Positions 19,301-31,269 of a stretch of DNA of 64,000 bases are shown here, in pieces. The notes below the pieces were generated by a model. The model was given only the letters and a program-made list of their open reading frames with translations, did not search any database and was not told the DNA's origin. A program made the translations under genes and the position numbers. Within the stretch, counting starts at the first letter, position 1, and every line of letters begins with the position of its first letter. The DNA comes from Acidobacteriota bacterium (GTDB lineage Bacteria > Acidobacteriota > Thermoanaerobaculia > Gp7-AA8), in the NCBI GenBank assembly GCA_019244185.1, contig JAFATB010000006.1, positions 480,001-544,000 on the forward strand, read 5' to 3'.

Positions 19301-21381
19301 GCGACGACGCTCGCCACGGCGATTTCCGTCGCTTTGTCGGGCCACGCCGGATCGGCGTATTGGTAGGTCGTCTCTGCCGTGGCGCTGGTGGACGTGAGCG
19401 TGGCGTCGGCCAATTCGGCCGAGGTCATGCGACAGTGGGTTTGACTGCTCGCCGGATCGCAGCCTGACGGACGAAGGAAACTCGTCGTCGCGGTGAGATG
19501 CGTTGCGTCGAAGGTGCTCGCGGTGACGTATCCGCTCGCGTCCTGACGGCGAATTGCGTGGCCATTGCGGTCATAGACCGCGACCTCGTCACGCGAACCG
19601 CAACTGCTGCAACCGCCGTTTCGTTCGACTGCACGATAGGCGCCGCCAACCGGACGGAGCGTGGTTTCGGTGACGCCACCGCCCGCCGTCGTGACGCGCG
19701 TCATGCTCTCGCCCGGCGTGTCGGTGGAGAGATCGTATTCGATCGTCGCGATCTCGTCGGAAGGTCCGATCGACGAGATGCCGCGGCCGGCGGTGTCGTA
19801 ACTGTGCTGCTCGATGACATGGCCGACGGCGTCGCGCGCAACCGTCATCAGACCGTCCGTGTACTCGTACGTCCGCCACAGGTGCGCCGGACCATCGACT
19901 TGCGTGAGGAGCCCGTTTTCATCGTATTGATACGTCCAGGTGCCGCTCGGGCTCACAATGGACTGCACGGTGCCGTTTTCAATCGCGAGCGTCCAGGTCT
20001 GGCCCGTCCACGTATCCGTGGCGGTCATGCCGACGAGGTCGAACGTCTCCTCATCCCATTGGCGTTCGATGTGGATTGCGCGGCCCGTCGTGATGTCGCG
20101 AATTCCGCTCACATACAGTCCAGTGAAGGACGTCTCGTAATTGCTGCCCGCCGGACGATAGGCGACGTTCCCGTCCTCGTCGATGCGGTAGCTGTCGGGC
20201 ATGCTTCTCCCCTGCGGCCAGATCTGCGCCCCATCCGGCCCGAATGCAACCTGTTCATTGTCAACCGTCGTGAGGTGCAGCACGGACGCGTCGGAGGACA
20301 GCTCCTCGTAGTTCAATACCTGGTCGAACATCGACGTCCAGCCGCGCCCGAAGAAACCGACATCGCCTTCCCCACTGTCGTAAGTACGAGCCAGCGCTCG
20401 TTCCATCAACGGCGGCAGTGGGTCGACCTCGGAAAGCCGTACGTTGCCGTCAGCCAGCGTGACGGGATCTCCGGCCGACGCGGCTTTGCAGTCGCAGTCC
20501 ACCGCGCCGTATCCGCGCTGAACGACATTGCACGCGATGTCGGGTGACCACGACGCCGCTTCGACCAGGATCTGCACCTGCCGCGCGTTCGACGGCGTCT
20601 CGAAATTCTCCACGACGAAGGGCCCGCCATCCTCGAGCTCGGGATCGTCGCCGGACCATTCCTTGATGACCTGCTGGGGGGTCGCGCGCCCATGACCATC
20701 GATCCACGCAAGCGCAAAAATCGTCAGGGATCGGTCGACCGACTCGGTCGCAAAGTGGAAATCGACGGTCACCGTCGCATGACCGGCACCGTTCTTCCTC
20801 ACTGTAACGACGGGGTCGGCGAAGTGACCCGGTGTGCAGACGGAAAGCCACGTCGTTACGCCGAACGTGGGCTCATGGATCACAGGATTGTCCCAGTACC
20901 CGAAATCGCATGCATGTTCCGTGGAGCTCACGACGGTGCTTTGCCCGCCGGTAGGCGTCATGGTGACGTGCAGCGACTGCGCCTGCGTCGTGGCGAGCCC
21001 GTGCAGATCGACCTCTTCGCCGGCGATCGGTACGTATGCGGCGTCCGGATCATCCGCCGCGACAAAGCCTTCACCGCACGCCGGCAGTTGGTGCACGACG
21101 GGCGCCGAGACGTGTGTGTAGGTGTGACCCGCCAGCGACGCCAGCCAGGTGGTCGGCTCGTGCGACCAGACCGTCTCAGTCCCCAACGTCGACCACGTTT
21201 TGTCGGCGTAGACGCCTTGTTTACCGAGGTACGTCACGCCGACCCGCTTGACTCCGCGCGGAACGACGAAACTGGGTCCACAGTCCTGCTGCGGCGACAG
21301 ATCACAGGCGAGGAGCGGCTGCGTCAAAAGAGACCAGACGAGACACGTCGCCACAAAACACCGCTCTGCCGAAGCGCGCAT
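16357..21381 (-). CDS. Rhs/YD-repeat polymorphic toxin with signal peptide, DUF6531-like region and 132-aa C-terminal domain
   Basis: Many YD repeats, GDPVTLADGN, GRGW, and RHS core DHLGTP...RLPGQ...YNIFRWY...GRYTQADPIG...NPTNEFDAFGL. SD GAGGAG. Confidence 0.92.
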   Translation of the reverse strand: MRASAERCFVATCLVWSLLTQPLLACDLSPQQDCGPSFVVPRGVKRVGVTYLGKQGVYADKTWSTLGTETVWSHEPTTWLASLAGHTYTHVSAPVVHQLPACGEGFVAADDPDAAYVPIAGEEVDLHGLATTQAQSLHVTMTPTGGQSTVVSSTEHACDFGYWDNPVIHEPTFGVTTWLSVCTPGHFADPVVTVRKNGAGHATVTVDFHFATESVDRSLTIFALAWIDGHGRATPQQVIKEWSGDDPELEDGGPFVVENFETPSNARQVQILVEAASWSPDIACNVVQRGYGAVDCDCKAASAGDPVTLADGNVRLSEVDPLPPLMERALARTYDSGEGDVGFFGRGWTSMFDQVLNYEELSSDASVLHLTTVDNEQVAFGPDGAQIWPQGRSMPDSYRIDEDGNVAYRPAGSNYETSFTGLYVSGIRDITTGRAIHIERQWDEETFDLVGMTATDTWTGQTWTLAIENGTVQSIVSPSGTWTYQYDENGLLTQVDGPAHLWRTYEYTDGLMTVARDAVGHVIEQHSYDTAGRGISSIGPSDEIATIEYDLSTDTPGESMTRVTTAGGGVTETTLRPVGGAYRAVERNGGCSSCGSRDEVAVYDRNGHAIRRQDASGYVTASTFDATHLTATTSFLRPSGCDPASSQTHCRMTSAELADATLTSTSATAETTYQYADPAWPDKATEIAVASVVASGALRRETFTYDSLSGAVLEHAVTGRTAAGEETRTTTTTLYDAVTEGAVFNPGGTFASAWLGLPQPRLRKSVNGPRTDVDDTTTFVYYPNDSAVPSELRGRLAAVRDAAGHITRLESYDDFGNVLRMVDPNGVVTTATADEIGRVITSTLEGVSGCSTTSDPLCATDLTTVRAFDGYGPLHSLLPAGQGVTVYGYDSRGRVESVARGPAENDLREEILTTYDSGSGKKNLERYLASEDSTWVEKRRESYAYDGDGRLSSITHPGGAAIAYAYDADNRVVSIQDENHNSPNTFYAYDPAGRLASVRQTLATAPNGEIETSYSYDVQGNLSGVTDPNGNVTSYAYDDFGEMRTQTSPVTGITTYAYDKAGNVTSTTDANGATTSRTYDALGRLLTAESSRTGLDTETVTYTYDQDLCSAGNGIGRLTTMSDPTGDTTYCYERRGLPVAETKVFSTLYAYDAAGNRSSIVYPAGRTVTYAYDFARRPVSATADTTPVVTSASYLPFGPATEVVYGNGTTKTSAFNARYQPQENSLSGPSGTIADYTYAEDAVGNITEIHDATDAAYDRDFAYDDLNRLVTANSGASLWGTGSYTYDAMGNMTSSQLGSRSLSFFYSGSTPRLQSVVSTGTQTVSVDAAGNETSHGHYSARNLFAGTPRVISQFPQPYADFAYDGRGVRVTDTSAPGVGDPETTRLFVYSPDLHLLVRLEPPMLDLGDPIPETDYIWFGSEPVAQASTDASVPLRYTFTDHLGTPLLQTDPTAAIVWRAEYEPYGAIFSYRTGDMTDPQILRLPGQEETPAGGGELSYNIFRWYRAGWGRYTQADPIGVAGGVNSYSYVEANPTNEFDAFGLLPKSSEYCRRLLRTIENLQKKIDERVGELDEDPLGLPEAALGDDKLPRLSRRGHRRLIDTDKAQLAARKAEYLANCSCDPPSGAPTGDGFGKFFSRTYWERATGLTGAALAAYLVFSELSRLYPPRNLVPVP

Positions 21382-21443
21382 AGCAGCTCCTCGTTTTTAA
21401 ATTTTCGATCTGACGGTGACGGCTACTATAGCATGCACATTCG

Positions 21444-23672
21444 ATGAAGCGGCTCGTTGGACTCAGTATTGTTACAGCGGCGGGATTGCTGGTACTCCTG
21501 CCGCTGCTGTATCCGCTCATTACAGGGCAGGAATTATTTCTTCGCGATATCGGGACGACGCACCGCCCTGCGTGGAGTGCGTTTCGTGGAATTGGCTTCG
21601 CGAAAATCAACCCCGCTGCTTCTTTCGGTCAGCCATATAGAGGAAATCCCAATCTGCTGATCTGGTATCCGTTTCCGAAAAGCCGGAACAGCATTGAAGC
21701 CCATGTCGGCGTTCACCTCGCACTGCTTTTCATTGGAGTGTTCGCGTGGCTATTGGAGCGCACAAAACGGCCGACGGCAGCCATCGCGGGCGCACTATGT
21801 TTCACGCTGTCCGGATACGTGCTGTCCATGACATCGTCGATCAATGCGCTCACTTCCATTGCATGGATTCCGTGGATTCTCCTGATTGCAGAACATGCGG
21901 CTGTGACCATGACTGCGCGCATGGCCGCTGTTCGTACTACGGTGCTCGCATTGTTTTCGTTGTCGGGCGAGCCGGTATTCATTGTGGCGACGCTCCTCCT
22001 CGCGCTCGGGCTTGCATGGAGGCGCGGGCGATTGCGAGGAATCGGTGGACTGGTGATCCCCGGCTCGCTTGCGTTGGCGATCACATTCCCCTTGCATCGC
22101 GAGACGTTACTAGCCGCGCTCGAATCGAGCCGGGTCGTACACGGATTCTCGTTCGCTCAGGCGGCGAGCTATTCACTGCATCCCGTGCGGCTGATCGAGG
22201 AGCTCGTTCCCGGCTTTTTCGGAAATCCCTCGCACCTGCTCGTGGGAACGTGGTGGGGGTACGCGGTCTCCCGCAACGCGCTCCCTTCCGTCTGGTCGAT
22301 CACGACCGGTGTCGTCGCGCTGGCGATTCTCTGCGCATACGGCGCGCTCACGCGATTCCGCGAGCACCGTCCATGGTGGATCCTGCTGGTCGTGACGGCC
22401 ATCGTCTCCTTCGGCGGATATTTGCCGGGCAGCGAGCGACTGTGGCCGCTTTTGCCTCTCCTGCACGTCGTCCGATTTCCGATCAAAGCGTTTCTGTTCG
22501 CAACTTTGTGCGTGAGCGTGCTCGTCGCGCACGGTTTCGCGTATCTCAATGGCCTGCCCGCACGCTCACCCGCGCGTGGCCACGTGGCGTTTTCCATGGC
22601 CAGTGCCGCGTTGGTTTCGCTCGCTGGCGCTCTCGCCGCCGGCTTGCATGGCGATGCGATCACACGCTGGATCGAGCGCGCGTTTTCGGATCCACGCTGG
22701 CGCGAGCCGCCGGCAGTGGTTCTGGCGCCGCTGCAGACACTCGTCGTCACAAGATTGTCGGAGGCCGCCGTGCTGTGCTCGCTTCTTTTCTTCTGGATCG
22801 TGCGCAGGCGAACCATCGTGTTTGACGCAGTCATTGCAGCGGCTATTGCGCTCGAATTGATTGTGGCCGGCGCAGACCTGATGCCGAAGATTACGCGCTC
22901 GCGACAAACGGATGTTTCGCCGCTCCTCAATGCGGCCCGTTCCGTTCATGGACGCGTGTTCGAGCGAGCGGCGAAGGATCTCGACGCGCCGGTCGATGGC
23001 CTCATGGGACATTACGGCGCGGACGATTCATCGCAACTCGCCATTGCCCAATCGCGGCAGGCGTGGGCGCTCTATGGCTCGATCTACGGCGTGCAATACG
23101 CGTACGACCGCTCGCCCGACGGCAGCTACACGTGGCGCAATCAACTCGTCGAGGAGTGGCTCGAAGGAATGCCGTGGCCGCAGCGCATTCGGTGGCTTCG
23201 CGGTGTCGCCGTGGCAGCGGTCATTGCGTCCGATGTCCCTGCGGGAATGCCGGGATTACGCACGGTCGCGCAGGAAGCGTCGATTGGAATCCCAGCCACG
23301 CTTTCTCTCATCGAGCCGCGTCTTTCGGAACTGCGGGTGCCGCCGAAGATCGTCTGGGTGCGGACGCCCGAAGCAGCATTCGCGAGCTTCACCAGCGGCG
23401 CGTTCGACGAGCAGTCGACCGTGATGGTCGAAGGAAGCGGACGCATCGCGCAGAACGGCGCTGCTGTCGTGGAGATGATCCGCAACGAGGCGGATCGCGT
23501 CATCTTCCGCAGTACGGCGAGCAGCGCTGCGTTCGTGTTCCTCGCCCGCTCGTACACGCGTCAGGTACGCGCAAGTACCGCGCAACGCGACCTGCGCGTG
23601 TATCCCGCCAACGTGCACCTCTGTGCGATCGAGGTACCTGCCGGAACGAACGAGATCGCCGTCAGCTTCTGA
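21444..23672 (+). CDS. YfhO-like polytopic membrane protein (putative GT-C glycosyltransferase)
   Basis: N-terminal TM + FLRD, NP..SFGQP..GNPN, many TM segments, HVVRFPIK and a soluble C-terminal domain. Confidence 0.7.
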   Translation: MKRLVGLSIVTAAGLLVLLPLLYPLITGQELFLRDIGTTHRPAWSAFRGIGFAKINPAASFGQPYRGNPNLLIWYPFPKSRNSIEAHVGVHLALLFIGVFAWLLERTKRPTAAIAGALCFTLSGYVLSMTSSINALTSIAWIPWILLIAEHAAVTMTARMAAVRTTVLALFSLSGEPVFIVATLLLALGLAWRRGRLRGIGGLVIPGSLALAITFPLHRETLLAALESSRVVHGFSFAQAASYSLHPVRLIEELVPGFFGNPSHLLVGTWWGYAVSRNALPSVWSITTGVVALAILCAYGALTRFREHRPWWILLVVTAIVSFGGYLPGSERLWPLLPLLHVVRFPIKAFLFATLCVSVLVAHGFAYLNGLPARSPARGHVAFSMASAALVSLAGALAAGLHGDAITRWIERAFSDPRWREPPAVVLAPLQTLVVTRLSEAAVLCSLLFFWIVRRRTIVFDAVIAAAIALELIVAGADLMPKITRSRQTDVSPLLNAARSVHGRVFERAAKDLDAPVDGLMGHYGADDSSQLAIAQSRQAWALYGSIYGVQYAYDRSPDGSYTWRNQLVEEWLEGMPWPQRIRWLRGVAVAAVIASDVPAGMPGLRTVAQEASIGIPATLSLIEPRLSELRVPPKIVWVRTPEAAFASFTSGAFDEQSTVMVEGSGRIAQNGAAVVEMIRNEADRVIFRSTASSAAFVFLARSYTRQVRASTAQRDLRVYPANVHLCAIEVPAGTNEIAVSF

Positions 23673-23689
23673 CGGCGATCTCGTGATCC

Positions 23690-26152
<2,463 letters not shown>

Positions 26153-26209
26153 CTCAGCCTCTCGATCGGGGAGAACCAGCGGCGGTTCCGTGCAATGGCT
26201 GTTCCCGCC

Positions 26210-26656
26210 TCATTTCAGACGGTGCAGCTCCTTCACAAACGCATCGACATCTTCGAAGCGGCGGTACACGGACGCGAACCGGACGTAAGCGACCGGATCG
26301 AGTCCGCGCAGGCGATCCATGACCATGGTGCCGAGGGCCTGCGAGGAGATCTCGCGCTCGCCGGCGTCGGCCATCACCGACTCGATGGAGTCGGCGATGC
26401 GTTCGAGCTGCGCCTGCGGCACGGGACGTTTGCGACAGGCGATCTGCAGGCCGCGCATCAACTTGCCGCGGTCGTACGCCTCACGGCGCTCGTCGCGTTT
26501 GACGACCTGGAACGTCGGCAGCTCGATTTTCTCGTAGGACGTGAAGCGCCGCTCGCACGCGGCGCACTCGCGGCGCCTGCGGATCACATCGCCCTCCCGG
26601 CTCTCGCGCGAGTCGACGACGCGATCCTCGAGATTGCTGCAATACGGGCAGCGCAT
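26210..26656 (-). CDS. nrdR: Transcriptional repressor NrdR
   Basis: MRCPYC...RRRREC..C..RFTSYE, ATP cone, VAYVRFASVY. Confidence 0.97.
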   Translation of the reverse strand: MRCPYCSNLEDRVVDSRESREGDVIRRRRECAACERRFTSYEKIELPTFQVVKRDERREAYDRGKLMRGLQIACRKRPVPQAQLERIADSIESVMADAGEREISSQALGTMVMDRLRGLDPVAYVRFASVYRRFEDVDAFVKELHRLK

Positions 26657-26689
26657 GGTGCGGCCCGTATATCACAACCGTCAAAAGCT

Positions 26690-26793
26690 GAAAGAAGAAC
26701 GCAGAACGCAGAATGAAGAACGTAGAAAGCGCGGCCGCGCAGCGGCCCACCTCACTTCTTCATTCTTCATTCTGCGTTCTGCATTCTTCATTC
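26690..26793 (-). repeat. Heptamer-built inverted-repeat element, copy B
   Basis: 38-nt arms 26690-26727 and 26756-26793 made of GAATGAA/GAACGCA units. Contains the stop of the upstream gene (26788-26790). Confidence 0.85.
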
Positions 26794-27795
26794 GCTTTTT
26801 CTAAAGTCCCCCGGCCGCAGCCCCGCTCTCGCAAACAAAAATAGTCCCGTCACCAGCACGGGAAGCGTGCTGACGAGATGGAAGAGCACGGCGATGGCGA
26901 TGGAGAGGTCGATGTCGAAGCCGTAGAAGTGCGTCAGCACGAGCTGACATGCTTTGTGAAAGCCTCCGACGCCGCCGGGCGTCGGAATCGCGAGCCCGAC
27001 CGTGGTCACGCCGATGACGAAGAAGCTGGAGTCGAACGGCAGCGGATGATGCGCGGCGAGCGTGGAGAACCAGAACTGCGAGCTGAGACACATCCAGACG
27101 CCGGCGGTGCACAGCACGACCTTGATGAACGCCGTGCGATGCCGCGCGATCGTCAGCGTGGCCGCGAACGAGTCGAAGAAGTGCATCCACGCGTCGCGGA
27201 TGCGGCGCGGCAGGATGCGTCCGATCGCCGCGTGCATCCGCCGCACGGACGACCCGAAGAAGTAGATCGCGAACATGAGCGTGAAGAGCGCGACGAGGAT
27301 CGCCGCCGCCGCGATCGCACCGATGCGCACGATGTAGAACCAGCCCGCGACGGCGGGATTGTGCGAGAGCTCGCGCCAGCGGCGCGCGGCGAAGTAGACG
27401 AACATGCCGAGGATGCTGATGAGATCGAGCACGCGCTCGGTGAGGACGGTGCCGAGGGCGCCGGAGAAACGGTGGGATGTACGGCGCGCGAGCATGGCCG
27501 GACGGGCGAGGTCGGCCGCGCGGATCGGCAGCACGATGGACAGCATGTAGCCGACGGCGTTGGCGAAGAAGGTCGCGCCGAACGGCGGCGGATCGTCGGG
27601 ATCGAGGATCGTGCGCCAGCGGACCGTGCGCAAGAGAATCGCGCAGATGTTCACGAGCAGTCCCACGACGATCCAGCCGGGCGTCGTCGTGCGCAGGATG
27701 GCGCCGACGTCGGCGAAATTCGCGTTGTGCAGGAAAAGCCAGAGAAAAAAGACGGTGAGCGCGACGATCGCCGCCAGCTGGAGAATGCGCTTCAA
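26788..27795 (-). CDS. Lysylphosphatidylglycerol synthase TM-domain (UPF0104/flippase-like) protein
   Basis: RTVRW, LPIRAADLARP, TERVLD, PTPGGVG and multiple TM segments. Confidence 0.85.
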   Translation of the reverse strand: MKRILQLAAIVALTVFFLWLFLHNANFADVGAILRTTTPGWIVVGLLVNICAILLRTVRWRTILDPDDPPPFGATFFANAVGYMLSIVLPIRAADLARPAMLARRTSHRFSGALGTVLTERVLDLISILGMFVYFAARRWRELSHNPAVAGWFYIVRIGAIAAAAILVALFTLMFAIYFFGSSVRRMHAAIGRILPRRIRDAWMHFFDSFAATLTIARHRTAFIKVVLCTAGVWMCLSSQFWFSTLAAHHPLPFDSSFFVIGVTTVGLAIPTPGGVGGFHKACQLVLTHFYGFDIDLSIAIAVLFHLVSTLPVLVTGLFLFARAGLRPGDFRKSE

Positions 27796-27824
27796 GGCGC
27801 CGGACGTTGTACCACGGGTCGCTG

Positions 27825-28796
27825 ATGTTGAAGATCTACACGAGCTCCGTTTTCCATCGACACGACACCGGTCCGGGCCATCCCGAGCGCGCCTCGCGGC
27901 TCGATGCGGCCATTGAAGGAGTCACGCGCGCGGGCGTCCGCGAGCAGTTGATCGTCGATCCGGATTTGCATCCGGAGACCAGCCGCATCATCGCCAAAGT
28001 GCATTCGGCGCAGTACGAGCGGGACCTCGACGACGCCACGCGCGCCGGCTTCCGCTACTTCCATTCGGTCGACAATCCGATCTCGTCGGCGAGCTTCAGC
28101 GCCGCGCGCGCGGCGGTCGGGATTTCGCTGGCGGCCGCGGCGGAGGCGTACGGAAGCGGCGACGCGCGGCGCGCGTTCGTGATCGCGCGTCCGCCGGGAC
28201 ATCACGCCGAGCGCGCGCAGGCGATGGGCTTCTGCTTCTTCAACACGATCGCGTGCGTGGCGGAGTTTCTGCGCGAGCAGCCGGGCATCGAGCGCGTGTT
28301 CATCTACGACTTCGACGTCCATCACGGCAACGGCACGCAGCATCTCTTCGAAGAGCGCGGCGACGTGTACTACGCGTCGATCCATCGCTATCCGTTTTAT
28401 CCGGGCACCGGCGCGCGCGAGGAGATCGGCACCGGCGCAGGGCGCGGCTTCACCAAGAACGTGCCGCTCGAAGCGGGCGAGGGCGACGCCGCGTTTCTGC
28501 GCGCGACCGAAGACGAGATCGTGCGCGCCATCGACGAGTTCCGTCCGAACGCGATCCTGCTCTCGGCGGGCTTCGACGCGCATCGCCGCGATCCGCTCGG
28601 CGGCATGCGCGTGACGGAGGGCGCGTACGGCGAGCTCACGCGGCGCATCGTCGAATCGGCCGAACGCTGGTGCGGCGGGCGGCTGTTCTCGCTGCTCGAA
28701 GGTGGCTACGACCTCGAAGGATTAGCGGCGAGCGTCGCCGAGCACGTCAACGTTTTGAGCGCAGGATCGACGCGTACAGCTCCTCCAGCCGATTGA
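27825..28796 (+). CDS. Zn-dependent deacetylase (HDAC/AcuC family)
   Basis: GHPE, RPPGHHA, GFCFFN, DVHHGNGT, SAGFDAH, LEGGY. Confidence 0.93.
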   Translation: MLKIYTSSVFHRHDTGPGHPERASRLDAAIEGVTRAGVREQLIVDPDLHPETSRIIAKVHSAQYERDLDDATRAGFRYFHSVDNPISSASFSAARAAVGISLAAAAEAYGSGDARRAFVIARPPGHHAERAQAMGFCFFNTIACVAEFLREQPGIERVFIYDFDVHHGNGTQHLFEERGDVYYASIHRYPFYPGTGAREEIGTGAGRGFTKNVPLEAGEGDAAFLRATEDEIVRAIDEFRPNAILLSAGFDAHRRDPLGGMRVTEGAYGELTRRIVESAERWCGGRLFSLLEGGYDLEGLAASVAEHVNVLSAGSTRTAPPAD

Positions 28797-29856
28797 TCCG
28801 CAGTTCCTTCGAGAACCCCTTCACGACGTGCTGCCGGGCGGCATTCCCGATCTCCGCCGCGCGCGCGGGATTCGCGATCACCGCGCGCAGCGCCTTCGTC
28901 AGCGCCGCGCGGTCCTTCATCGGCACGAGCCAGCCGACATCGGATGTCGACACAAGCTCCTGGTTGCCGCCGGCGTCGGTCGCGATCACCGGCTTGCCCA
29001 TCGCCATCGCCTCGCGGATCGTGCCGGTGATGCCGGTGCCGGCCCACGATGCGTCGACCACGACGTCGCACGACGCGAAGACGTTCGGCATGTCGGTGCG
29101 GTATTCGACCGCGCTCACGCGTTCCTCGACGCCGACTTCGCGCGCGTACCGCAGCACTTCGTCTTTCTCCTGCGCATTGCGGCAGCCGATGAGCAGCAGG
29201 TGGACGTTCGGATGCGCGGGGGCGACGTCGGAGACCGAATCGATCAGCTCCTTCCACCCTTTCCAGTCGCGCACGCCGACCTGCGCGACGACGAAGCGAT
29301 CGTCCGCGATCGACTTTTCGCGGCGGAACGCGCGGGCGTCCCAACGCACGGGATCGAACAGCATCACATCCGTGCCCGCATAAATGACTTGCACCTTCTC
29401 CTCGGGCAAGCGTCCCGACGTCCCGATCACGTCCTTGATCTGCCGGCAGACGGTGACGACGCGGTCGACGCGGCTCGTGCGGTATTTGCCGCGGTTCCAG
29501 AGGTCGAGCGGAAACGACACGCCGCGATTGACGACGAACGCGCCGGCCGGCCGGCGCCACGTCGCCGCGAGCGCGAGCGCGTGCGAGATGCCCTTGTGCA
29601 CGTGAATGACGTCCGGCGGCGCGTTGCGGAACAAGCGCCGCAGCGCGCGAACCGTCGCGAAGTCGAACTGATGGCGAAAGGGAAGGCCGTGGAAATGGAT
29701 GTCCTGCTCGGCGGCTTTGGCGGCGAGGATCGCGTCCGGTTTACTGACGATGGTCACGTCGTGGCCGCGCTGGCGCAGGCCCGACGCCGCCTGAAACATC
29801 TGATGGACCGACCCGGTATTGAACTGATTGAACTCGAGAATCTGGTAGATCTTCAT
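28747..29856 (-). CDS. GT4 family glycosyltransferase
   Basis: GT-B fold signature EAMAMGKPVIATDAGGNQELV. Confidence 0.88.
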   Translation of the reverse strand: MKIYQILEFNQFNTGSVHQMFQAASGLRQRGHDVTIVSKPDAILAAKAAEQDIHFHGLPFRHQFDFATVRALRRLFRNAPPDVIHVHKGISHALALAATWRRPAGAFVVNRGVSFPLDLWNRGKYRTSRVDRVVTVCRQIKDVIGTSGRLPEEKVQVIYAGTDVMLFDPVRWDARAFRREKSIADDRFVVAQVGVRDWKGWKELIDSVSDVAPAHPNVHLLLIGCRNAQEKDEVLRYAREVGVEERVSAVEYRTDMPNVFASCDVVVDASWAGTGITGTIREAMAMGKPVIATDAGGNQELVSTSDVGWLVPMKDRAALTKALRAVIANPARAAEIGNAARQHVVKGFSKELRINRLEELYASILRSKR

Positions 29857-29906
29857 CGTTGCCGGTTGCCTCTGCCGGCAACGGCGCCATGATATCGTTC
29901 TGCACC

Positions 29907-30761
29907 ATGCGTCGAAGCAGCCTCTTCACGCTCGCTCTCTTTCTCACGCTCGTCTCCTGCAACCGCAACAACACCGCGCCCGCGGCCGCGCCGCCTCCGT
30001 CGGCGACCGCGACGACCGCGTCTTCGCCGCCGCCGGCTGCAGCACCCGCGTCCGCCGCGATTCCGCGCATCAGCTATCCGTCGCTCGCGGGGAACGCCAG
30101 CGCGTATCTGGCGACGCCGCCCGCCGCGTCCGGACGCAAGCCGGCCATCATCGTCATTCACGAGTGGTGGGGGCTCAACGACTGGGTGAAGCAGCAGGCG
30201 GATCGCTTTGCGTCGCAGGGCTATGTCGCGCTCGCGGTCGATCTCTATCGCGGCCAGGTCGCGAACGATCAGGAGACCGCACACGAGCTCTCGCGCGCGC
30301 TGCCGGAAGATCGCGCGCTCGCCGATCTCAAAGGCGCCTTCGAGTACCTCGCGAAGCGCGACGACGTCGATCCCGCGCGCATCGGCGTCATCGGCTGGTG
30401 CATGGGCGGCGGCTACTCGCTCGGCCTCACAACGAACGAGCCGCGCCTCGCGGCGAGCGTCATCAACTACGGCCGGCTCGTCACCGATCCCGCGACGATC
30501 GCGAAGATCAAGACGCCGATCCTCGGCAACTTCGGTGCGCTCGACAAAGGCATTCCGCCGGCCGACGTGCAGGCGTTCGACAAGGCGCTGCACGCCGCCG
30601 GCAAAACGGCCGATCTCAAGATCTATCCCGACGCCGGCCACGCCTTCATCAATCCGAACAACAAGGCCGGCTACGTCGCCGCGGACGCGGCCGACGCGAA
30701 CGCGCGCATCGACCGCTTTTTCATGCAAACATTGAAGCCGGGAGGCGGCCTTGCCAAGTGA
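29907..30761 (+). CDS. Dienelactone hydrolase family lipoprotein
   Basis: Lipobox LVSC, HEWWGLN, GWCMGG nucleophile, GHAF. Confidence 0.9.
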   Translation: MRRSSLFTLALFLTLVSCNRNNTAPAAAPPPSATATTASSPPPAAAPASAAIPRISYPSLAGNASAYLATPPAASGRKPAIIVIHEWWGLNDWVKQQADRFASQGYVALAVDLYRGQVANDQETAHELSRALPEDRALADLKGAFEYLAKRDDVDPARIGVIGWCMGGGYSLGLTTNEPRLAASVINYGRLVTDPATIAKIKTPILGNFGALDKGIPPADVQAFDKALHAAGKTADLKIYPDAGHAFINPNNKAGYVAADAADANARIDRFFMQTLKPGGGLAK

Positions 30762-31269
30762 CAAGCCGGCGCCGAAGGAGTTGAAGGTCACCGACAAACG
30801 GATCTTCACCGCCGACGGCGAAATCCGCGACGAGTTCAAGAAGGAGATTCAGCCGAGCGACGCGCCACCGCCGCGCGCCGCCGAGCCTCCGCCTCCGCCG
30901 CCTCCGCAAGAAACGCCGAACGAAACGCCGAAGCAGGCTGGCGCCACCGCAGCGAAGCAGCCGCCGAAACAGGATCGGCGCGAGCAAGCCGGCCGCAGCG
31001 TCGCCGACCGCGCCGCGAATCCCGACACGCCGTTCACGCACTTTCTCGAAGGCCTCATCATGCAGGCCTACATGCTCCTCGGCATGCTGCGCGATCCGTA
31101 TCGCCCGCAGAGCGCGGCCGATCCCGCCGCCGCGCGGCAGCTCATCGACATCCTCGCGCTGCTGCAGGAGAAGACCGCCGGCAACCTCACCGAGGAGGAG
31201 ACGGAGTTCCTCGAGACGCACCTCGGTGAACTGAAGCTCGCCTACGTCCAGCGCACGAAGAGCCTCTGA
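30751..31269 (+). CDS. DUF1844 family protein
   Basis: KVTDKRIF N-terminus, Pro-rich linker, ARQLIDILALLQEKTAGNLTEEE..L..L C-terminus. Confidence 0.8.
   Translation: MPSDKPAPKELKVTDKRIFTADGEIRDEFKKEIQPSDAPPPRAAEPPPPPPPQETPNETPKQAGATAAKQPPKQDRREQAGRSVADRAANPDTPFTHFLEGLIMQAYMLLGMLRDPYRPQSAADPAAARQLIDILALLQEKTAGNLTEEETEFLETHLGELKLAYVQRTKSL

Noticed and set aside
28747-28796. 50-bp convergent overlap of the HDAC and GT4 genes
   Set aside because: Short tail-to-tail overlaps are common in compact GC-rich genomes.
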